Positions 19,173 to 26,820 of a stretch of 64,000 nt of DNA are shown here, piece by piece. The position numbers and the translations under genes are program-made. The notes under the pieces are model-generated. The model was not told where the DNA came from and searched no databases. It saw only the letters and a list, made by a program, of their open reading frames with translations. Numbering within the stretch: position 1 is the first letter of the stretch; the number at the start of each line of letters is the position of its first letter. Source of the DNA: Candidatus Falkowbacteria bacterium (GTDB lineage Bacteria; Patescibacteriota; Patescibacteriia; Patescibacteriales; WJLG01); contig CAVVFV010000010.1 of assembly GCA_963747695.1 (NCBI GenBank), positions 69,618 through 133,617 on the forward strand, given 5' to 3'.

Positions 19173-19856
19173 TTAGTCCATTAACTTGGCCAAAATTATA
19201 TCTTTGACAATTCTGATCCCTCCGGCTCCCATCCCGCGGCCGCCGAACAATCCCTGTCCGGTGCGATGATAAGTGACTTTGATTGGCACTTCTTTGATGA
19301 TTATTTTATTTTTAACGATTTTATACAATATCTCGCTATTGTGAGCCATGCCTTTTTGCTCAATCGGAATCTTCCGCCAGGCGGCTGCCGTCAACGCGCG
19401 AAAACCGGATTGCGGATCGGTCAATCTGACTCCCAACAGCCAGCGGTTAACCAGCCGAGCGATCGGCATAATCACTTTTTTCTTAAACGCCGGCATATTC
19501 GATTCTTTGCCTAAAAACCGCGAGCCCAAAACCGCCTCAGCTTCTCCGGCCAGCAACGGCGCCAAGACTTCCGGGATGTCGGCAACGGAAAATTGGCCGT
19601 CCGCGTCAAAATGAAAAATTATCTCCGCCCCGTTCCGCAAAGCATATTGATTGCCGGTTTCCAGCGACGCGCCCTGCCCGCTGTTGATCGAATGCCTTAA
19701 GACCGTAGCTCCGGCCAAACGGGCTAATTCCGCTGTTCGATCGGTCGAACCATCGTCCACCACGACCACTTCTTCCACCGACGGTTTGACTTTGGCCACC
19801 ACTTCGCTGAGATATTTTTCTTCGTTTAAGGCCGGAATAATGCAAAAAATCCTCAT
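19173..19856 (-). CDS. Glycosyltransferase family 2 (polyprenol-phosphate sugar transferase-like)
   Basis: 227 aa; IIPALNEEKYL, VVVDDGSTDRT, FDADGQ. Confidence 0.85.
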   Translation of the reverse strand: MRIFCIIPALNEEKYLSEVVAKVKPSVEEVVVVDDGSTDRTAELARLAGATVLRHSINSGQGASLETGNQYALRNGAEIIFHFDADGQFSVADIPEVLAPLLAGEAEAVLGSRFLGKESNMPAFKKKVIMPIARLVNRWLLGVRLTDPQSGFRALTAAAWRKIPIEQKGMAHNSEILYKIVKNKIIIKEVPIKVTYHRTGQGLFGGRGMGAGGIRIVKDIILAKLMD

Positions 19857-19961
19857 AAATCACATTTGGATAAAATTTATTCAGTATCTGGATAATAGCA
19901 TTGATTTAAGCCAAAAATCAAGCCCTTTTTTGCGCAATGATTGTTTAAAAAACAAGTCTTA

Positions 19962-22900
19962 TTATCTCTTCGCGCCCGAATAAGCGATGGCGCGGACAAT
20001 GTTCCAGGCCAAGGCATTGGCCGGCGCATGTCCATAATTAAGGCGAAAAGTTTTAGTCGCGCTGATTTCGCTGGCCAAATTTCGTTGTGTTGGAATCAAA
20101 CCGTAAGCGATGACCATCACCGCGTTTTGATCGTAAGTATCAGCCAGCGCCGGACTGCGGCCATAGACTTTCTTAAATTCGAGCTTGGCCTGATTCTCCG
20201 CAGCTGCGCTGCGCGCACTCGGCCAACGTCCGTTACTGATCTTGATCACATCCGACCATTCCGCTTCCGAGTCGGGCAATTTACCATAAGCCTGGAAATA
20301 AGAATTAATCACTCCGGCCCGTTCGCCCGATCCTAAACGCAAAGTGCTCGGAGTGCCGTAGACGATAAAATCGTTGACTACTGTTTTGTCTGCGGCAGGC
20401 AGCGTTTGATCCAGATTAAAAATCGCCTGATATTTTTTTTGGCTGGCCTGCTCCCCGGCTGGATCGGCTGGGACGTTCAGATCGGCCAAAAGATTTTGCA
20501 CATTAGCGGAACTGACAATCCCGGCTTCAGATGAAATAATTTGTAATATTCCGGCTGACGGAAGAGCCGGAGCGACCGGGGTCAGCGGAGATGTCGGAAC
20601 AGAAACCAGATTGCTTGGAATTGTTCCGCAAACCATTGATCTGGCCGCCTGCTGGGCGGAGGTTAACGGACAGTTAGCCGGAGACTGGCTTAAAATATTG
20701 CGATATTGGAATCCATTGACGCAGCTTCCCCAATCACCATAGACCACGCTGGAACAGGATGGAAGACTGGGGGTGCCGCCACCCGAAACGGGGATGATTT
20801 CAAATGAGGCCGTGACGGAAATATCGGCCATGACATTGATATCGGTGCGGGGATTGGCCGTCGAACCATCGCTCCAGCTCGCGAACCGATAGCCGGGATT
20901 AGGCGTCGCGGTCACTGCCGAACCGTTCGCGCCGATGGCGACAACTTGAGCGGCATCGCCGGAGATCGAACCATTGGTTCCGGCCGAATATGCCAGCGAG
21001 CGGCTTTGGACTTGCACCGCGACGGTGGCGGAGTTATTGGTATAATCGGAATCGATCAGCCAGGATTTATCTTCTTTGCCGAAAACCACGTAGACTTTCC
21101 CGGCCTGATCTCCGCCTTCATTATTTTCATATGAACCGATCACCATGTCAGCATAACCATCGCCATTGAGATCGCCAAAATTTGCCGAATTATGATTTTT
21201 CAAAGTCAGCATTTCATTATCATCTTGTTCCCGCCAATAGGCCGCCGAAGCTGTCGCCACGCCTTGACCGGTCTCCCATCCCGAAGGCTTGCCCATCATC
21301 AGATATACCTTGCCGGTTGTCTGATCGACGCCGTTATTATCGATTTCAAAATCATTATAGCCGTCGGCATTGAAATCTCCCACTGAAGCCACTTCACGGA
21401 TCATGTCGGTAGCGGTGGCCCCGTTGTAAGAAGCATCTGAAGCACTGGCGACATTCTCATCCAACTGCCATCCCGATTTCTTGCCCAAAATGACAAAAAT
21501 TCTGCCGTCGAGAATCGGCGAACCGGAAATATGCAGCTCGTTCAAACCGATATCACCTATTCCGTCGCCGTTAACATCACCGATGCTGCCTTCAAAAATC
21601 AGTTTGTTTTTATACCCTTCACCCAAGAAAGAAGCATCGGCAACAGTTCCCGCATCCATCTGTTCCTGCCAGCCGGAAGTCCTGCCGAAAATAAGATAAG
21701 CTTTGCCGGCCAGCAGTCCGTTCTGGGAATTCTGGTCAGTGGAAAGCCCGATATCATTAATACCATCACCGTTGACGTCACCAAGCGGCTCTTCATTGTC
21801 ATAAATCAAATAGGGCAATTGGTTGTTGGCGGCTTCGCCGATAATCGAAGCATCGGCAGGCTGACCCTGCTGCCAGCCGCTCGGTCTGCCAAAAAATAAA
21901 AATGTTTCTCCTCGGCCGCCGTCGCCCTCGGTGTCAGAAATGCGAAAATCATCAATTCCGTCGCCATTGATATCTCCCAATGCCAACGGGGAATAAAGAT
22001 CATCGGTGGCTCCGGTAAAAGAGAATTCTGTCGAAGTACCGACCTGCTCGCCTGCCCAGCCTGATCTTTTACCGAAAAGAACGTAGTAAAAATTATGAAG
22101 ATCGATGAGACCCAAATCATCGATTCCGTCATGGTTGACGTCGCCGGGATTGCTGACCGGCTCGACGCCAGTGAGGGCCGTGTCAAAAAAATCAGTCGAA
22201 TTTCCGATATCGACCGGACCGGTCGGCCAGCCCGTTTTTTTCCCAAAAATTATATAGGTTATCAAGTTATCATCCGGCAAGGTTACGTCGACAAAGACCA
22301 AATCCTTCAATCCGTCGCCATTAAGATCAATCGGGTCGAGATAATCAAAACCGCCCAAAGCGCCTCCGACCCGATTGTCAAAATAATTAAGCACATTATC
22401 AGCCGAGGTTACCGGAACATCTTTCTGCCATCCGGTCGGCTTGCCGAAAATCACATTTTCATATCCATAAGTGCTGTCCTGGCTATAGCCGCTCGCGACA
22501 AAATCATCATAGCCATCGCCGTTGATATCTCCGACTGAATAATCGTTGACTCCCAGCCAATCCCCGTCGTGTTCGCCGACGAAGGAGGCGTCAGTCGAAG
22601 TATCGGTCAGGTTTCCCTTGGGTAAATCGATCGGCGTCGAAGTCGGCGTAAAACTTACTGTCGCCGTCGGGTCCATAACATCGCTGGAAAAATCTGTCGG
22701 AACTTGCACGGTCAAGGTCAAGGTCGTGGTGGCATCCGGAGTCATTGTTCCCACGGTCCAGAGTCCGGAAGAATAATCATATGATCCTTGCGCGGCCGAA
22801 GAAGATTGATAGATAAATTGGCTCGGCGCCTTGGCATCAGCCACTTGGACGCCGGGAGTAATCTCGCTGCCGGTATTGGCGACGGTAAAAGTGTAAGTTA

Positions 22901-23429
22901 TCGAATCGCCCGGATTCGGAGTCGGATTGTTCACAGTTTTAGTGACTGATAAATCGGTGGCACGAGCCATCCGGCGGATGACTTTGAAATTGGGAGAATA
23001 ATAGCGGTCATTGACGCCATTGCCCGCCGAGCTGAACACCCAGTCATCCAAGGTCGCCTTGGCGCTGCTTTCAATCTTAGTGATGGTTACATCGGAAAGA
23101 ATACCATCAGAAGGATTCCAATACTTTTCCGGCAGTCCGTCATTATTGATGTCAAGAAAAAAATCAGTATGACCGTCCCAGTTGAAATTGCCAGACTTGA
23201 CCACGCTGGTTGAACCGTCTGAATCATAGAATGTTTCAAAACCGTTGACCGTGTTAGCGTCATTATTGCGCGCCTGTTCCAAATTTCCGTCGCCATCAAC
23301 GTCAGCGTAGATAGTACTGGGCGGAGCAGCTTGGGTAACATTCTGGGCCAGCGGGAAAACCAGAGAAGAGAGAAAAATAAAAATCAATGAAACTATTTCC
23401 AATTTTTTTCTGAACGACTGTCTTTTCAT
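19962..23429 (-). CDS. Large secreted FG-GAP/VCBS-repeat protein with DUF11-like and InlB-B-type repeats
   Basis: 1155 aa. Signal-like N-terminus; TVNNPTPNPGDSITYTFTVANTG; ten DxNxDG-type loops (GDINGDGYDDF, GDVNGDGIDD ...); ATPNPGYRFASWSDGSTANPR; a C-terminal three-fold YG-x-x-P repeat. Confidence 0.85.
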   Translation of the reverse strand: MKRQSFRKKLEIVSLIFIFLSSLVFPLAQNVTQAAPPSTIYADVDGDGNLEQARNNDANTVNGFETFYDSDGSTSVVKSGNFNWDGHTDFFLDINNDGLPEKYWNPSDGILSDVTITKIESSAKATLDDWVFSSAGNGVNDRYYSPNFKVIRRMARATDLSVTKTVNNPTPNPGDSITYTFTVANTGSEITPGVQVADAKAPSQFIYQSSSAAQGSYDYSSGLWTVGTMTPDATTTLTLTVQVPTDFSSDVMDPTATVSFTPTSTPIDLPKGNLTDTSTDASFVGEHDGDWLGVNDYSVGDINGDGYDDFVASGYSQDSTYGYENVIFGKPTGWQKDVPVTSADNVLNYFDNRVGGALGGFDYLDPIDLNGDGLKDLVFVDVTLPDDNLITYIIFGKKTGWPTGPVDIGNSTDFFDTALTGVEPVSNPGDVNHDGIDDLGLIDLHNFYYVLFGKRSGWAGEQVGTSTEFSFTGATDDLYSPLALGDINGDGIDDFRISDTEGDGGRGETFLFFGRPSGWQQGQPADASIIGEAANNQLPYLIYDNEEPLGDVNGDGINDIGLSTDQNSQNGLLAGKAYLIFGRTSGWQEQMDAGTVADASFLGEGYKNKLIFEGSIGDVNGDGIGDIGLNELHISGSPILDGRIFVILGKKSGWQLDENVASASDASYNGATATDMIREVASVGDFNADGYNDFEIDNNGVDQTTGKVYLMMGKPSGWETGQGVATASAAYWREQDDNEMLTLKNHNSANFGDLNGDGYADMVIGSYENNEGGDQAGKVYVVFGKEDKSWLIDSDYTNNSATVAVQVQSRSLAYSAGTNGSISGDAAQVVAIGANGSAVTATPNPGYRFASWSDGSTANPRTDINVMADISVTASFEIIPVSGGGTPSLPSCSSVVYGDWGSCVNGFQYRNILSQSPANCPLTSAQQAARSMVCGTIPSNLVSVPTSPLTPVAPALPSAGILQIISSEAGIVSSANVQNLLADLNVPADPAGEQASQKKYQAIFNLDQTLPAADKTVVNDFIVYGTPSTLRLGSGERAGVINSYFQAYGKLPDSEAEWSDVIKISNGRWPSARSAAAENQAKLEFKKVYGRSPALADTYDQNAVMVIAYGLIPTQRNLASEISATKTFRLNYGHAPANALAWNIVRAIAYSGAKR

Positions 23430-23438
23430 ATCACGATT

Positions 23439-24698
23439 TTAACTGATAATTTTTAAAACCTCGTCGACCGGGACTAAGCCGTTTAGTGTTTTGATTAATG
23501 CGTCTTCGGCCAAAGAATAGCCGTCTTGTTTCTTAAATTCATTCTTAATTGCGGAAAAATGTCCGGTCTTGATCAAATCTTTAACGGCCGGGGTAATTTC
23601 CCTGACTTCAAAAATCCCGATCTTGCCTGCCGAGCCGGAATTACGGCAACGCGAGCAGCCGCGACTCTTGTAAAAAACCAGCTCCAGGGGAGAGGCTATC
23701 CTTTTCGCGATAATGTTATCTTTCTTCAGCCGGGGCAATAATTTATTGAGTGATAAATTTGCTTCCAGCCGGCGCCAATTTTCTTGGCTGATCTTCTGCC
23801 TGGTCAAACAATAAGGGCAATTTTTGTCGACGAGGCGCTGAATGATGATCAATTTAGTGTTGGCTGAAAACACTGACAGCGGCAAACCTAAATCACGTAA
23901 TAATTCCAGGGTGCCGGCCAGATCGCGACTATTGATTCCGGCCAAAACAAAATGACCGGCCGCGGCTAAATGAAAGGCGGCCTCGGCCGTTTCTGCATCA
24001 TTGACCTCGCCGATCATCACCACGTCGGGATCTTGGCGCCGGAGCTCATTTACCGCCGCGCCCGAGCTGAAACCCACGCGGGGATTTATCCGACTTTGGT
24101 TTATTTCCGGCAAATCCGCCGCGACATCTTTTTCGACCGTCGCAATATTCAATTCCGGACAATTAAGAAAATCGATCAAACTATAAAGCGTGGTGATTCG
24201 TCCCGAATCATTGGTTCCGATTACGGCGATCAAACCGGCGCCAGCTGCCAGCTTGGCTTTAACTTTCGGCAAAGCCTGGGCGTTGAACCCCAACCGTCCC
24301 AAGCCGGGAAGCTCGAATTTTTCCTTGGTTAAACTGACCACGATCTTTTCTCCGCTCGCCACAGGATGAACTCCCAGGGAAAATATTATTTTGTAACCCA
24401 AATAATCTTTTTTAAAACTTCCTTTTTCCGGCGAATTATCCCGGGGACAATCCAACCCGGCCATTTCTTTGACGCCTGAGATCACCGCGGCTTCGATCTT
24501 TTTCGACAAGTAAAGGGTTTTTTTCAATCCGCCGTTGGCCATAAAATCAACCGCCAGCTCATCGCCGCGCGATTCAAAATAAATCTCGTCAGCCCCACAG
24601 CCGATCGCAAAATTAAAAATCTTGTCGATCACCCGGATCGCTCGGATATCGGCGCTGAGAGACAATTGTTCCTTTATTTCTTTTTTAAGAGATAACAT
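23439..24698 (-). CDS. GspE/PilB-family secretion ATPase homologue with degenerate catalytic motifs
   Basis: 419 aa. The family scaffold is present (GADEIYFES, DPDVVMIGEVNDAETA, CPYC...CSRC). However, Walker A reads GTNDSGRITT where GPTGSGK(S/T)T is expected, and the His box reads AGHFVLAGINS where TGHLVLSTLHT is expected. Confidence 0.8.
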   Translation of the reverse strand: MLSLKKEIKEQLSLSADIRAIRVIDKIFNFAIGCGADEIYFESRGDELAVDFMANGGLKKTLYLSKKIEAAVISGVKEMAGLDCPRDNSPEKGSFKKDYLGYKIIFSLGVHPVASGEKIVVSLTKEKFELPGLGRLGFNAQALPKVKAKLAAGAGLIAVIGTNDSGRITTLYSLIDFLNCPELNIATVEKDVAADLPEINQSRINPRVGFSSGAAVNELRRQDPDVVMIGEVNDAETAEAAFHLAAAGHFVLAGINSRDLAGTLELLRDLGLPLSVFSANTKLIIIQRLVDKNCPYCLTRQKISQENWRRLEANLSLNKLLPRLKKDNIIAKRIASPLELVFYKSRGCSRCRNSGSAGKIGIFEVREITPAVKDLIKTGHFSAIKNEFKKQDGYSLAEDALIKTLNGLVPVDEVLKIIS

Positions 24699-24801
24699 AA
24701 AAAATTAAATAACAAATATTCAATATCCAATATCCAAACAATATTCCAATATTTTAATATTAAAATATTTTTTTGATATTGGTTATTTTTTATTGGATAT
24801 T
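24699..24801. repeat. Intergenic palindrome, F2 family, copy 3 (overlaps the end of the upstream CDS)
   Basis: The right arm GATATTGGTTATTTTTTATTGGATATT (24775-24801) is identical to copy 1 over 23 nt. It includes the last three codons and the stop (24790-24801) of the UXS-like gene. Confidence 0.8.
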
Positions 24802-25815
24802 CTCTTCTATCCCCTTCAAGCCTTTGCTCGCTCGCAGCTCGTCAATCGTCTTTTCCAATCCTTTATCCAGAGTAACAACCGGCAGCCAGCCCAGATTATT
24901 GGTAGCCAAAGTAATGTCCGGTAAGCAAAGTTCGGTCATGAAAAAGTGCGCCGACTCATAAACAATTTTTGACTGCGAACCGGTCTGCTCGATTATTCGT
25001 TGTGCCAGGTCGGCCAGCTTGACGTCGACATCAGAGCCGACATTAAGCGGACCGACCAGATCGGTTTCCATTATTTTCAACGCCGCATCGATGACGTCGG
25101 AAACATAGCAGAAAGATGAAGTAAAACCCTCGTCGCCGTAAATCACCAAGTCCTTGTTGTCCAAAGCATTGCTGACGAAATCCGGGATCATCTGATTATC
25201 GTTCAAAGGCATCCGCGGACCGTAAGTGCGGAAAATGCGGATAATCTTGGCATCAACGCCGTGAATTTCCCGATACGTATGGATGAAGGTCTCCGCGAAC
25301 CGCTTGCCTTCGTCATAGCAGGCTCGTTCGCTTAAAAAATCCACCGCGCCGATATCATCCTCTTTGATTTTCGGATTATTAATGCGGCGCGGGCCGTAAA
25401 CCACCGAGGACGAAAAATGCAATATCTTCGCCTCGTATTTTTTGGCCAGCTCCAAAACGTTTTTAATGACATAGGAATTAGCCAGCAAAGTGGCTTCGCA
25501 ATTCTTCTGGAAATTCTTGGCCGAATTCGGACAGGCCAGATTATAAATTTCCTGGATGCCCTGGAATTGGATCTTGAATTTTTGCAACGACTGCTCGTTT
25601 TCCAGATCGATCGGTTGGCTCAAATCCTGGCGCAGGAAGGCAAAATCCGGCTCGGCGAAAAGATGGTCGATGTTCCGTTCATTGCCGGTGGAAAAATTAT
25701 CCAGGCAGATCACTTTGCAGGTCTTAATTAGTTCGTCGCAGAGATGTGAACCGATAAAACCCGCTCCCCCGACGACCAGTACGTTTTTCTTTTCAAATAT
25801 CGCGTGTTTAGCCAT
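24790..25815 (-). CDS. UDP-glucuronate decarboxylase-like SDR (UXS family)
   Basis: 341 aa; VVGGAGFIGSHL, ACYDEGKRFAET, RIFRTYGPRM. Confidence 0.85.
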   Translation of the reverse strand: MAKHAIFEKKNVLVVGGAGFIGSHLCDELIKTCKVICLDNFSTGNERNIDHLFAEPDFAFLRQDLSQPIDLENEQSLQKFKIQFQGIQEIYNLACPNSAKNFQKNCEATLLANSYVIKNVLELAKKYEAKILHFSSSVVYGPRRINNPKIKEDDIGAVDFLSERACYDEGKRFAETFIHTYREIHGVDAKIIRIFRTYGPRMPLNDNQMIPDFVSNALDNKDLVIYGDEGFTSSFCYVSDVIDAALKIMETDLVGPLNVGSDVDVKLADLAQRIIEQTGSQSKIVYESAHFFMTELCLPDITLATNNLGWLPVVTLDKGLEKTIDELRASKGLKGIEENIQ

Positions 25816-25840
25816 AAAATTATAAATGATAAATTATAAA

Positions 25841-26440
25841 TTATAAATTTTTTACCTCTTTGACCATTTTCAATTCATTTAAAATTCCAATGCCTCTTAA
25901 ATATTTATGGTTAATCAATTTTTTTGCCTTAGAAAGAGTAATTTTATTGGTGTAAGCCCTGCCGTACTTTGCCAAGAGCCAATCGATGATATCGTCGAAT
26001 TTGAATCCGCGCAGAGTCCGCCAATAAAAGAATAGTGGCAGGATATCAAAAGCGGACATCGCATCGGCGTTGGAAACAATTTTTTCTTCGATAGTTTTAG
26101 GCCTTGGTTGTTTGGCGGATCGATGAGCCAAAATAATATTTTTTACTTTATCAATTTTAACTTGCGGGTAATTCAATTTTTTTAATATTTTTTCCGCCCT
26201 TACCGCCCCCAAAATATGATGATCATCCTCCTTGGCGGCCCTTTTTCCAATTTTAGGCAGGCGGCCGATATCGTGAAGCCAAGCCGCAATTTCCACCAAC
26301 TCTTTATCTTTAACTTGATATTCTCGCGCTAAAAGCAGCGAATACTTTACCACCGGCGCAAAATGATAATAAAAATCTTCCTTATAATCAGTTTCATCCC
26401 AAACAATCTTCTTTATTTTTTCAACAATATTTTTTAGCAT
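25841..26440 (-). CDS. HD-domain protein
   Basis: WLHDIGR and ILAHR motifs. The ATG at 26440 is preferred over the TTG at 26449. Confidence 0.7.
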   Translation of the reverse strand: MLKNIVEKIKKIVWDETDYKEDFYYHFAPVVKYSLLLAREYQVKDKELVEIAAWLHDIGRLPKIGKRAAKEDDHHILGAVRAEKILKKLNYPQVKIDKVKNIILAHRSAKQPRPKTIEEKIVSNADAMSAFDILPLFFYWRTLRGFKFDDIIDWLLAKYGRAYTNKITLSKAKKLINHKYLRGIGILNELKMVKEVKNL

Positions 26441-26472
26441 GCGTTTCAAAAATATAACAATTAATTACCTTG

Positions 26473-26772
26473 TAGCGCGCATTGGAAAATTTTGGATAAG
26501 ACGCGTAGCGTATCACCGCCGCTGGCGGGACAAGGAAGCCGTGCAAAATTGCGTTGCTTGAGGAGGCGCCGCGCCGACGAGGTTAGCAATTTTGCTAGGT
26601 TTCATAGTGGAGCGTCCCAAAATTTGTCCAGCTCGCAGTTTTCTTGCCCCGTCATTTTTGCGGGGTTGTGTCACTTTTTTTAAAAAAAGTGGCGAAATAA
26701 TATTGTCAGTAATAGACCCTCCCCGCCTCGCTCACGCTCGGCACCCCTCCCGAAGAGGGGACAAAATTTTTT
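26473..26772 (+). repeat. Structured repeat, copy A (core 26473-26693) plus GC-rich module 2 (26702-26772)
   Basis: Stems S1 26484-26495/26617-26629, S2 26535-26540/26598-26603 (one G.U if the plus strand is the RNA), S3 26543-26552/26586-26595. A/T palindrome at 26671-26693, then hairpin CCCCTC-CCGAA-GAGGGG (26744-26760) plus a T-rich run. The strand assignment is tentative. Confidence 0.75.
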
Positions 26773-26820
26773 CGTTGCGGCGTTATGCGTTATGAGTTAC
26801 GCGCTATGCGTTTTGCGATT

